Source: an uncultured Thermoplasmata archaeon (GTDB taxonomy: Archaea; Thermoplasmatota; Thermoplasmata; UBA10834). Taken from it: 64,000 nucleotides of DNA. A program made the translations under genes and the position numbers. Below are positions 21,201 to 30,583 of the stretch, piece after piece (within the stretch, counting starts at the first letter, position 1; the number at the start of each line of letters is the position of its first letter). The notes below the pieces were generated by a model. That model was not told the origin of the DNA, made no database searches, and was given only the letters and a program-made list of their open reading frames with translations. The stretch is from assembly GCA_963719945.1 (NCBI GenBank), contig CAVRDX010000001.1:672001-736000 (forward strand), read 5' to 3'.

Positions 21201-22396
21201 ATCAGGTCCAATTCTCGGCCAACCTTCTCGAAGGCGGCTATCGCCTGGTCGAGGTCGTGAACATTCAGCCCTGAATTCATGATGGTCCTTATCCGGGCAC
21301 CATCCTTGGAGACCATCGGGAACACTATAGGTAGGGCGAATACTCCCAGTTCGTACAATCTCGTGCTGAATCGTTTCGCCGTCCCGCTGTCACCGATCAT
21401 GATCGGTACTATCGGCGTCGTGCTCTTACCAGTATCGAACCCCAATGCCTGCATCTGCTCTCTGAAACGTTCGGTGTTCCTCCAGAGGTTCCTGACATGT
21501 TTCGGTTCTGTCTCCAGCACATCGATGGCCGCAGTGCATGCCGCCACCACTGCTGGTGGGTGAGACCCACTGAGCAGCCAGGTCCGAGACTTGTTGTATG
21601 CGAAGTTCACCAGGTCACGGCTACCTGATACGTGACCACCGACCACTCCGAACGCCTTTGAGAAAGTGCCCATCTCCACATGAACATCATCCCTGGACAG
21701 ATTGAAATGAGAGACAATGCCTCTTCCACCATCTCCCAGCACACCCTCACCATGCGCGTCATCGACATAGACCATCGCACCATGGTCGTGCGCGAGAGCG
21801 GCGATCTTATCCAGGGGTGCCATGTCCCCGTCCATACTGAAAACGCCATCTGTGATTATGAGGATCCGGCGGTACGATGGCTGGTGATCATCTGCTTTCT
21901 CAAGCACCTTCCTGAGATCATCCATGTCACAATGCCTATAGACCGCCCGGTCCGCCTTGGACAGACGAACGCCGTCGATTATACTACCATGGTTTAGCTC
22001 GTCGCTGATCATCAGATCGCCCTCGTCGACGAGCTGTGGGATCAGGCCAGCATTCGCTGCGAATCCCGTCTGATAAACCAGCGATGCTTCGGCTTTCTTG
22101 AAGGCAGCAAGCCTCCGCTCGAGTTCGATGTGAAGGTCCATATTGCCAGCTATCGGCCGAACTGATCCGGAACCAGCGCCATGGGACCTTATCGCCTCGA
22201 TTGCAGCCTCCTTCACCTTTGGGTGGTTGCTTAGATTGAGATAATTATTGGAGCATAGCATCGTCACGTTCTTCCCATCGACGACGCACTTCGGCGTGCT
22301 CGGACCTTGGAGGACCCGCAATCTCCAATCGATTTCGTGCGTGACAAGCTTGTCGTACTCTGCCCCTAGGAAAGATACTGGATTCCGGTTCGCCAT
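21197..22396 (-). CDS. kbl: Glycine C-acetyltransferase (2-amino-3-ketobutyrate CoA ligase)
   Basis: SNNYL, NHGSIIDG, DGVFSMDG, DDAHG, GTFSKAFG; downstream of tdh. Confidence 0.88.
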   Translation of the reverse strand: MANRNPVSFLGAEYDKLVTHEIDWRLRVLQGPSTPKCVVDGKNVTMLCSNNYLNLSNHPKVKEAAIEAIRSHGAGSGSVRPIAGNMDLHIELERRLAAFKKAEASLVYQTGFAANAGLIPQLVDEGDLMISDELNHGSIIDGVRLSKADRAVYRHCDMDDLRKVLEKADDHQPSYRRILIITDGVFSMDGDMAPLDKIAALAHDHGAMVYVDDAHGEGVLGDGGRGIVSHFNLSRDDVHVEMGTFSKAFGVVGGHVSGSRDLVNFAYNKSRTWLLSGSHPPAVVAACTAAIDVLETEPKHVRNLWRNTERFREQMQALGFDTGKSTTPIVPIMIGDSGTAKRFSTRLYELGVFALPIVFPMVSKDGARIRTIMNSGLNVHDLDQAIAAFEKVGRELDLI

Positions 22397-22400
22397 CTCC

Positions 22401-23469
22401 TCACCATTCGGGTTCGAGGGATACCTTGGCAGCCTGCTTGGTGCGTATGAGCTCCATGCCCTCCTCGATATCCCTGATGGGTAAGGTATGCGTTATGATA
22501 GATGTAAGCTTAGCCTTGAAATCGTCGTTCTTGAGGATCTCACGCATCTGGTCCCATGTCCTGAACATCCTTCTTCCGGTTATCCCGTAGACAGTGGCGG
22601 ATTTGAAAGTGATAGCGTTGTTGATGTCCAGTGTGACTGGGTCGTTGTACAGACCGAGGATCGATACTCTTCCCCCAGGCGTCAGCATCTGGAACACCTG
22701 CTTCAACGCAGGAGCAGCACCAGACATCTCGAGAGCCACATCCGCACCGTTTCCATCGGTGTGCTCCATGACGGACCTGACCAGCCTATCGGTACCCATG
22801 GAAGCATCGAGCACGACATCCGCTCCAAGGCTCCTAGCCAAGGAAAGCCGAACCTCTTCGCTGCCAAGTTCAGTTGCGATTACCTTGCCTGCACCAAGGA
22901 CCTTGAGCACGGCTATTGCCATCAATCCGATCGGGCCGCATCCAGCGACGACCACATTCTTTCCCTTGATGTCTTCCTCGCATTCGCTTCCGAAAACCGT
23001 GAAGGTGGCGTTGCCGAGAGGCTCTAGCACAGAACCGAGACTGATATCGATCCCGTCGGGGATCTTCATCGCGTTCATCTCTGGAAGGCGGACATATTCA
23101 GCGAAGACTCCATCAGTGTCGACGCCCAGTATCTTCATGTTCTTGCATATGTGCATGCGACCGTTCCTGCACTGGTAGCATGTACCATCGACGATGTGGG
23201 TCTCGGCCGATACGATATCTCCCACCGATATCTTCGTCACCCCTTCGCCGATCTCGACTACCTCGCCGCAGAATTCGTGACCGAAGATGATCGGAAGAGT
23301 CTTGACCCGGTTCTGAGCCCAGTGATTCCAATCCCATATGTGCACATCAGTGCCACAAATGGATGTCCGCTTCATCTCGACCAGGACGTCTCCTCTGCCA
23401 ACTGATGGTTTGTCGACAGTTCTCGAAACCCGCGCCGGGCTCCCTCATTCTCTTTACCACCGCGTGCAT
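22401..23469 (-). CDS. tdh: L-threonine 3-dehydrogenase, with a +1 frameshift near codon 17 (about 23414-23423)
   Basis: SICGTD, GHEFCG, structural zinc ligands, GCGPIG, GITGR. The N-terminus MHAVVKRMREPGAGFE (ATG 23469) joins VDKPSVGRGDVLVEMK only through a +1 shift. Confidence 0.88.
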
Positions 23470-23592
23470 TAGACGGTCACTGCTCCTTTTTGGACATAGG
23501 CACAAGGATTGTACTTCTTAAGCGATTTGAATATACAATCAATCGCTCTTGCTGATATCTATATTATTACGTAATTTGCGCGCGCGAAGGGC

Positions 23593-24957
23593 TCACTCAA
23601 GAATCGACAGTGGCTTCCGGGCCTCTGGGATGATCACCTTTGCTTTGGACCTCTTGAACAGGCTCGGGTGCTCGGTATGAATCGGTATGACGACCTTGGG
23701 AGATATCTCGTCTATCGCCGCGAACACCTCGTTCATGTCCGCGTGACCGGACGCGTGCGCCTGGCGGAAGTCCAACTTGTACCAGCTTATCCAGTTCTGC
23801 AGTACCTCCTCCTGCACATCGTCCTCCTCAAACGGCTCGCTCTTAGACCGTATGAATAGGCTACCGCCCTTTGGCTTGATGTCGATGAGTTCCGTGAGCT
23901 GGAAGAAGTCTGTGTGGAACAAGAGCTTCGACTGGTTGTCCCTCACATAATCCGAATCGATCACATGGTCGGATGAGCCGAGCATGTCGACATACTTCTT
24001 CTCGTATCGCACCTTGTCCGGCCGCGCCATCCTACGCACGTACACGAGCATATTCGGATCATTGAGGGGGTCTGGGGCATCTATTCCCGGATCCGATTGG
24101 AACATTTCGAGGAGATTGGCGACCTTGGCGGATACCACGAACTTGCGGCCCGTCTCAGTTGCTATGTCTCTGAAGGTGCGCATGCGGTCTACATCCTTGG
24201 GATAGAAGGACACGATCGCCAGGTCCTTAGCCTTCTTAGTCATACCCAAAGCCTTCTCCTTCACTCCCTCCTCAGAGAGGTTCTCCCTCTGATCCTCTTG
24301 CATCACCCTTGTGCCTTCACATATCATCGCGACGGGTTTCTCCTTGGCTGCGGCTTTCATGAAATCGACGGTCATGTCGCTCCTTGGCCCATGCATCCTG
24401 AAATCCCCGGTGTAGACCACACATCCTTCAGATGTGTGTATCAAGAAACCATAGGCTCCAGGCGTGGAATGGTCGACATGTATCGGTTGGACCTCGATCG
24501 ACCCAACCTTGATCTTGTCACCTGTCCTGAATGTGTGATATTCCCTGTCCCCGAAATTCATCTTCCCCAGGCTCGTCTCGTTCCAGGATTGCCGGATTAT
24601 GTCTGCTGCGAACCCCAGATACGCAGGGATACCTGCATCGACGAACCGCAGGTGCATGACATGGTCATAATGCATGTGCGAGACGAATATGGCATCGAAC
24701 CCCGGATCTGTATGCTTCAGATCGGTCCCTTCCAGCCACCTGTAATCGTAAAGACCAGATATCTTCGGTAACATGTCGAAGTGGAAGTAGTCTCGAAGAC
24801 CGAAACGCTCCCGTGGCATCAGGAAGTCCACGAAGTAATCGTCCTTCATTCCGAATGGTTCCCCAAAATCAAAGAAGACTCTGGTGTCACCGTCCTCGAG
24901 CAGGATCTTGTTTCCTCCGATCTGCCCTACGCCACCGAATAGTGTGATAGATACCAT
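23593..24957 (-). CDS. Metallo-beta-lactamase/beta-CASP RNase J-like nuclease
   Basis: GGVGQIGGN, SHMHYDH, VDHS, YTGDFR, HASGH, PIHTE. Confidence 0.88.
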   Translation of the reverse strand: MVSITLFGGVGQIGGNKILLEDGDTRVFFDFGEPFGMKDDYFVDFLMPRERFGLRDYFHFDMLPKISGLYDYRWLEGTDLKHTDPGFDAIFVSHMHYDHVMHLRFVDAGIPAYLGFAADIIRQSWNETSLGKMNFGDREYHTFRTGDKIKVGSIEVQPIHVDHSTPGAYGFLIHTSEGCVVYTGDFRMHGPRSDMTVDFMKAAAKEKPVAMICEGTRVMQEDQRENLSEEGVKEKALGMTKKAKDLAIVSFYPKDVDRMRTFRDIATETGRKFVVSAKVANLLEMFQSDPGIDAPDPLNDPNMLVYVRRMARPDKVRYEKKYVDMLGSSDHVIDSDYVRDNQSKLLFHTDFFQLTELIDIKPKGGSLFIRSKSEPFEEDDVQEEVLQNWISWYKLDFRQAHASGHADMNEVFAAIDEISPKVVIPIHTEHPSLFKRSKAKVIIPEARKPLSILE

Positions 24958-25101
24958 GATCAACCCACCGTTTCCAGTCCAGAACAACAACTCAAGCGAC
25001 CGGAATGACAATCAACCTTTCGGTCGGATCGTGGCGGTGTTGACGAAGATCGATATGTGGGAGCGACCGAAATGGCCATATGACGCCAGAAGACAATCGC
25101 T

Positions 25102-25881
25102 TTATTCAATGTCTTCTCCGCCCTCGAGCATCTGCTGGGCCATGGAGTAGATATCCTCCAGTCCTTCGCTGGTGTCTGCACTGACAGGTATGACGCCTCG
25201 TCCTACGCCGATGGATTCGAGTGCCTGAAGGAATTCGATGCTCACTGCGGTCTGTGTATCAGCAGATTCGTCCATCAAGGAGGTGAATAATGAATAGTAG
25301 TCGCGGCTCCACGATTCGAGTCTCTCCCTGTCAGCGTCTCCCAGCAGGTCGCTCTTTGACATGAGGGTCATCATGGGCACTGGTAGCCGGAAATGGACCG
25401 TTGCGGAGAGCATGAGTGACGATACATACCCATTCGGTGTCTTCGCAAGCGCCGGATCGAACAGGAATGCGAGAGCAGAATTATCGGTCCCGAGTGCTTC
25501 AACGAGCAACTTGCTGCTCGCCCTGAAAGCGAACAGTTCGAGCTGACCAGGCGTGTCGATCAGCACATAATCGGTGTCGTAACCGTCGATGACATCTATG
25601 ACCTCATTGATGTTGAGAGCCAGCATGTCAGCGGCGGCAATCTGAGCGCCGTTCGGGCCGAGGCCGTGCGACTCCATTATCTCAGAAAGTTCGATCCAAT
25701 CCCTGACATCGACGTCCGGGGAGTACCTCAGCTCCTCTACCCCAGGGTCCAGGTTGACCGTGATCGAATCGTATCCCTGGTTCTGCATCCATAGTTGAAA
25801 AGCGTATGTCAGCGTGCTCTTACCGCTGCCAGCCGTACCGATGAAGAATAGATTCTTTGGTGCCAAATCAAGCGCCTCCAT
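25102..25881 (-). CDS. GPN-loop GTPase
   Basis: GTAGSGKS, NLDPG, GLGPNG, DTPGQLE. Confidence 0.93.
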   Translation of the reverse strand: MEALDLAPKNLFFIGTAGSGKSTLTYAFQLWMQNQGYDSITVNLDPGVEELRYSPDVDVRDWIELSEIMESHGLGPNGAQIAAADMLALNINEVIDVIDGYDTDYVLIDTPGQLELFAFRASSKLLVEALGTDNSALAFLFDPALAKTPNGYVSSLMLSATVHFRLPVPMMTLMSKSDLLGDADRERLESWSRDYYSLFTSLMDESADTQTAVSIEFLQALESIGVGRGVIPVSADTSEGLEDIYSMAQQMLEGGEDIE

Positions 25882-25998
25882 CCATGAACTATTCGAGTAG
25901 CTGAGAGTGCAGAGGTCTAGAGCCTATAAACGCTTGCCCTATAACTCCGGCATGGCCACATTGTTTGAGATCGACGAGTATGCGATTGATATTAAGAG

Positions 25999-26099
25999 CG
26001 GGCCTGAAGGGATTCGAACCCTTGGCCAATCGGTATCTCCCTCGATTCTGAAGAATCGAAGTAAGAGCCGATTGCTCTACCTAGCTGAGCTACAGGCCC
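25999..26099 (-). tRNA. tRNA-Lys(CTT) with a 27-nt intron (26035..26061)
   Basis: Acceptor GGGCCTG/CAGGCCC; anticodon stem ATCGG/CCGAT, loop CT-CTT-A|A; bulge-helix-bulge (CTCT/GGAG helix, TAC and ATA bulges); intron hairpin TCGATTC/GAATCGA. Confidence 0.95.
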
Positions 26100-26263
26100 A
26101 CGGATTCGCAGTATAAACTTGCTCTTAATAAAACTATCGTGGTGCCAACATATCAGTCCTTGACTGGCCATTTCGGACTATTTGTCCATGTTCTTGTGCA
26201 CATCCGAAGGCATTATTATCCTCTGCCGAACATGAAATATACAGACCTAGAGCGATGTACATC

Positions 26264-26578
26264 TCATCCGACAGAGTATTCATGGACCAGCCTATCCAGT
26301 TCTGAGTTGAGTCCCGATCCCAATGACTCAGGCGAATGGTCGTCCAGAATCCATTGACACTTCTTCTCCGCGAAATCCATCACATCGCTGATGGCCTGGC
26401 TCTAATCAAGGAGGTAGTCCTTCCATAGCAAGAACAGATGCAGCTCCCCAGATGGTTCAGCGCATGCCTTTGAGCAAGGAATGATCACCGATCATCACCG
26501 TTTTGCCAAGTCTATTACCAAGGATTCATCAGTGACATAGATGCCCTGGTATGTACGGACCGTCGGAAGCAGTTCCAG
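26264..26578 (-). pseudogene. Decayed C-terminal fragment of a trimethylamine methyltransferase (MttB) family gene
   Basis: Across frameshifts and stops it reads LELLPTVRTYQGIYVTDESLVIDLAK / SFLAQRHALNHL / ...DVMDFAEKKCQWILDDHSPESL...ELDRLV, matching the remembered MttB C-terminal pattern (GIxVxxExLAxDxI..GxFL..HT..H...A..K...IL..H.P..L.....ELD.I). Confidence 0.72.
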
Positions 26579-26612
26579 GGATAAGATTTATCGAGGCATC
26601 TCCCATTTGCCG

Positions 26613-27386
26613 ATGAAGATGAAGTGTTCAGTGACTGTCCTTTGCAGCGGTAGCAGCGGCAACTCCATCCATTTCCGCCTCGGGGATACTTCAGTCCTTA
26701 TCGATGCAGGGATCTCATGCAGGATGATCGAGAAGCGAATGAGCGATTTCGGCCTGGATCCGGAGTCGGTCAAGGCGGTTTTCCTCACTCACGAGCACAC
26801 GGACCACACAAGAGGCGCGAAGAGGTTCTGCTCCAAGTTCGGGATGCCACTGTACGCAACAGAAGGCACTCTATCGCTCACTCCCCTGGATGGCATCAAG
26901 AAGACCGCAATCAAGTCATCAGATGTCGTCAGAATCGATGGCGTCACAATGAAGTCCTTTCCCATCAAACACTTCGCAGCGGAACCTGTCGCGTTCTCAT
27001 TGACCGCAGAGAAGGTGAAGTTGGGGATGGCATCTGATCTCGGTTGCGTGACCAAGCAGGTAATCGATGAGCTGAGGTCATCCAACCTGTTGCTCATCGA
27101 AGCGAATTACGACGACGACATGCTCATGTCCGGAACCTATCCAGATTTTCTCAAGAAGACGATAAGGAGCGACCATGGCCACCTATCGAATGACGATGCA
27201 GCGGCTCTGTGCGCGGCAGCCGCCAGGGAATGCACAAAGAGGGTAGTCCTGCTTCACCTTAGCAGGGAAAACAATACGCCTATCATGGCGGGGGAGACCG
27301 TCAGCAGAAGGCTGCAAAACGACGGTGTCAAAGTGCGGCTCGATGTGACGGAGCATGGCTCTTCAAAAGGCCCTATTGGCCTATGA
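26613..27386 (+). CDS. MBL-fold metallo-hydrolase (YycJ/WalJ-like)
   Basis: SGSSGN, DAG, THEHTDH, EANYD, GHLSN, HLSRENN. Confidence 0.9.
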   Translation: MKMKCSVTVLCSGSSGNSIHFRLGDTSVLIDAGISCRMIEKRMSDFGLDPESVKAVFLTHEHTDHTRGAKRFCSKFGMPLYATEGTLSLTPLDGIKKTAIKSSDVVRIDGVTMKSFPIKHFAAEPVAFSLTAEKVKLGMASDLGCVTKQVIDELRSSNLLLIEANYDDDMLMSGTYPDFLKKTIRSDHGHLSNDDAAALCAAAARECTKRVVLLHLSRENNTPIMAGETVSRRLQNDGVKVRLDVTEHGSSKGPIGL

Positions 27387-28037
27387 TTGGCCAACCAACT
27401 GGATTTTGCCGTGTGAAAGAAGAGTCGTTGCGACGGTCCTCGGCAAGGATACTATATCCTCCTTCCGGAGCCTGTAATCCTTGTCGACGCCCGCGAAAGT
27501 CGGCACGTCCTCGAGCACCCTCGCGAGGATAAGGTCGTCCTGTGTCTCAGGACTAGCAGCTTCCTCATGTTTCTCAGACTTATCTCTCTTGGCAACCGAA
27601 GGCACTTCGACCATTTCGTCGGACCTGGATGTCCTGGGGCCAAGAGTCTCGTAATCCGCATTCGAGTCCCTATGAGCACCGAGAACAGAAGTCAGGCTAG
27701 AGAACAAGACCAGCTCGTCCGGAGTCATGTTGGTCGTGTCGGGGCTGTCGCCAGCGACCTTCCTCAGCGCGATCAACGAAATCTTCCTCGTCCTCAATTC
27801 GTAGACGCGCTTCGACTTGTCAATCGCTTTCTTTAGCTGGTCGCTCAGCATCATGCTCGCATGAGAGCCCGAGTTCATGGCGATCTCTCGTTCCCCCTCC
27901 TTGCGGAGCGTGCGGATGTAGGCTGAAACCCTATCGTAGAGCGCTGGGTCCACTTTGGTCAGTTGAGGGGAGCGGTTCTCCTGCCTGAAAAGGGTCATTA
28001 TGTCCTCGTAGCTGAAGTCCCCCCGCTGTTCTGCCAT
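27381..28037 (-). CDS. GINS complex subunit (Gins51-like)
   Basis: Helical A-domain (LTKVDPALY...LRTRKI...NMTPDE) and C-terminal B-domain (RVLEDVPTFAGVD..YRL..EDIVSLP). Confidence 0.75.
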   Translation of the reverse strand: MAEQRGDFSYEDIMTLFRQENRSPQLTKVDPALYDRVSAYIRTLRKEGEREIAMNSGSHASMMLSDQLKKAIDKSKRVYELRTRKISLIALRKVAGDSPDTTNMTPDELVLFSSLTSVLGAHRDSNADYETLGPRTSRSDEMVEVPSVAKRDKSEKHEEAASPETQDDLILARVLEDVPTFAGVDKDYRLRKEDIVSLPRTVATTLLSHGKIQLVGQS

Positions 28038-28129
28038 CAAGCGAAGCATACAACATCGGTGTATTTGATGCTTTTTAAGAGAGGTATAGCAGAGGAATCA
28101 ATATTACTCCTGCAGCATATGCCAGAGCG

Positions 28130-28435
28130 ATGCCGAGAGCGAGGGATGGCTATACTCAACCGACCACGGGAGGATGCCTCATCTGGATAGATGCATCCCC
28201 TGGCGCTTCAAAGACGGAGGCCGCTGGAGTCAACGCATGGCGCAAAGCACTCCAGATAAGGATAGCCGCTCAGCCGAGGGAAGGGGAGGCAAACGAGGAG
28301 TTGGTCAGATTCATCTCCGAAGCCCTCTCCATACCCAGGAAGGGCATTGAGATCATCAGTGGGCACCGGTCGTCATCCAAAGTACTCATGGTGCACGTCA
28401 CCGAGGAAAAGGTCGTGGAAGTATTCGGGGAGTGA
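28130..28435 (+). CDS. DUF167/YggU family protein
   Basis: PGASKT, AQPREGEANEEL, ISGHRSSSK. Confidence 0.9.
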   Translation: MPRARDGYTQPTTGGCLIWIDASPGASKTEAAGVNAWRKALQIRIAAQPREGEANEELVRFISEALSIPRKGIEIISGHRSSSKVLMVHVTEEKVVEVFGE

Positions 28436-28442
28436 CCACACG

Positions 28443-28847
28443 ATAACGGCCCAGGAGCGTCTTGAGAAGATACTTGATCTTGTCGCCGAGCTGGAGGACG
28501 AGAGTGCGACAAAACCCATAATCGTCGAAGGACGGAAGGATGTTGAAGCACTGAAGAAGATGGGCGTCAAGAACAACGTAATCTCACTGAGCAAAGGTCA
28601 CTCTATCATAAGATTCTGCGAGGATGTATCGCGCCGGTTCAAATCGGTCATTGTGCTTACCGACTGGGACAGGAAAGGCGGAAAATTGGCACGAATGCTC
28701 AAAGATGCTTTTGAGACGAACGACGTAAAAGTGGACCTAGACCTCAGGGCCAAACTGGTCATCCTGTCGAAGAAGGAGATCAAGGATATCGAAGGATTGC
28801 CAGCATTCGTTGAACGGCTCCGGAGAATGACTGAGAAGCCACGATAG
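28443..28847 (+). CDS. Small TOPRIM-domain protein (start uncertain, possibly ATA at 28443)
   Basis: IIVEGRKD, LTDWDRKG, KDIEGL. Confidence 0.85.
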   Translation: MTAQERLEKILDLVAELEDESATKPIIVEGRKDVEALKKMGVKNNVISLSKGHSIIRFCEDVSRRFKSVIVLTDWDRKGGKLARMLKDAFETNDVKVDLDLRAKLVILSKKEIKDIEGLPAFVERLRRMTEKPR

Positions 28848-28944
28848 CGCATTCTGTTACTCGCTCTTGATTCGCACTTCAAGGATTACGGCAATCCATA
28901 GAAATCGTTATGATATAACGCCGCGATTGGACAGCGGTGGTTTG

Positions 28945-29163
28945 ATGACACGCAGATGGACACTGGTAGCTCAAAGAATCGAGACGCAGGATCCCGTCAG
29001 GTCATCTGAGGTCGCCAGGCGGTCGTCTGGGTTGAGATACTGGCTGCTCGTTCCGTTTGCGGGACTCGTGTTCTACCTCGCGCTTTTCTGGAGCATCATC
29101 ATCGGACTATCGTTCCTGTCACCTCTGATAAGACCGTTCAGGCGAAGAAAGAATCATCTTTGA
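28945..29163 (+). CDS. Small membrane protein
   Basis: Hydrophobic stretch followed by a basic tail; GGTGG RBS. Confidence 0.45.
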   Translation: MTRRWTLVAQRIETQDPVRSSEVARRSSGLRYWLLVPFAGLVFYLALFWSIIIGLSFLSPLIRPFRRRKNHL

Positions 29164-29251
29164 GCAGATGATAACCGCTGATGATGGCCTGCATTTTCAA
29201 CAACTAGTGTTGCGCCAAAAAGGATTTAGAGTAGCATTCCGATGAAACGGC

Positions 29252-30583
29252 ATGGAGCATTCGAAGTGTTCTCTGGAGATGCTTCAAGAGCTTGGCCTGA
29301 GATCAGTTGATGAACTCTTCGCGGATATCCCGAAGGACGTAAGGTCTGGGGGCTTGAGGCTCCCAGAAGGCATGTCCGAACTTGATCTCAAGAGGAGTCT
29401 TGAGACGATGCTCTCATCTAATAGGCATGCGGAGTCCATGCTTAATTTCCTTGGAGCGGGCATCTATCATCATTACATACCATCGGCCGTGAAGATGATA
29501 GTTGGCAGATCCGAGTTCATCACGTCATACACACCATATCAACCCGAGATCAGCCAAGGCATGCTCCAGGCGCTTTTCGAATATCAATCATATATCGCAG
29601 AGCTCACCGGGATGGATGTCGTAAACTCCAGCATGTACGATGCATCCACCGCTCTCGGCGAGGCAGTCCTCATGAGCACTCGAATATCTGGTGGAGACAC
29701 TTTCCTGCTCAGCAGAGCGATAAGCCCCGAGAGAAGGAGTGTGGCCGAACTCTACGCGAAGGGGGCGGACATCAGATTGGTGGATGTCGATTTTGACCGA
29801 TCGAACGGATCCGTGGACCTCAACGATCTGACTTCTAAATTGAAAGATGGAGTATCTGGATTCTACTTCGAGACACCGAACTTCTTCGGCGTAGTCGAAT
29901 CTCAGGCCAAAGAGATCAAGGGATTGCTCGGCAAGAAAACCATGGTCGTTGGAGTGAACCCGATGTCACTGGCTATACTCCGATCCCCCGGAGACATGGG
30001 CGCAGACATCGTCATCGGAGACGCCCAGGTATTCGGGACCCCGATGAGCTTCGGCGGACCGACCATAGGATTGTTCGGATGCAGGCCAGAGCATGTCAGG
30101 AAGATGCCTGGCAGGATAATCGGGATGACCACGGATATCGAAGGGCGAGCGGCATATTGCATGACCCTCCAGACGAGGGAACAGCATATACGCAGGAGCA
30201 AGGCGACATCGAACATATGCACGAACGAGGCTCTGCTCGCAGTTGCCGCCGCGACTTATCTGTCGGTGCTTGGCAGAACCGGTCTGCGAGAAGTCGCTGC
30301 CACAAATGTCAGGAATATGCGATCGCTGTCATCCCGAATCGATTCCCTTTCGGGATTCGAAGCACCTCTATTCAAAGGGACCCACTTCAATGAATTCATC
30401 GTCAGGTCCGAGAAGGATCCATTCAAGATACATAAGACACTCCTCGCCCAAGGGATACACGGAGGACTTGTCCTTTCGGACATGTTCCCAGAGCTCGGCA
30501 ACTCCACCCTCGTGGCAACCACGGAGATGCATACCAAGGAAGACCATGACCGATTGCTGGGCGCGCTGGAGGGGATGAGATGA
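29252..30583 (+). CDS. gcvPA: Glycine dehydrogenase subunit 1
   Basis: YTPYQPEISQGMLQ, QTREQHIRR, TSNICTN. Confidence 0.95.
   Translation: MEHSKCSLEMLQELGLRSVDELFADIPKDVRSGGLRLPEGMSELDLKRSLETMLSSNRHAESMLNFLGAGIYHHYIPSAVKMIVGRSEFITSYTPYQPEISQGMLQALFEYQSYIAELTGMDVVNSSMYDASTALGEAVLMSTRISGGDTFLLSRAISPERRSVAELYAKGADIRLVDVDFDRSNGSVDLNDLTSKLKDGVSGFYFETPNFFGVVESQAKEIKGLLGKKTMVVGVNPMSLAILRSPGDMGADIVIGDAQVFGTPMSFGGPTIGLFGCRPEHVRKMPGRIIGMTTDIEGRAAYCMTLQTREQHIRRSKATSNICTNEALLAVAAATYLSVLGRTGLREVAATNVRNMRSLSSRIDSLSGFEAPLFKGTHFNEFIVRSEKDPFKIHKTLLAQGIHGGLVLSDMFPELGNSTLVATTEMHTKEDHDRLLGALEGMR

Noticed and set aside
26395-26410. In-frame TAG in the MttB relic as a pyrrolysine codon
   Set aside because: It lies in the far C-terminal region among other frameshifts and stops; decay explains it better
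29140-29195. AACCGCTGATGATGGCCTGC resembling the 3' half of a fluoride riboswitch, upstream of gcvPA
   Set aside because: The required 5' GGxGATGG...CC pseudoknot half is absent; no glycine-riboswitch consensus either
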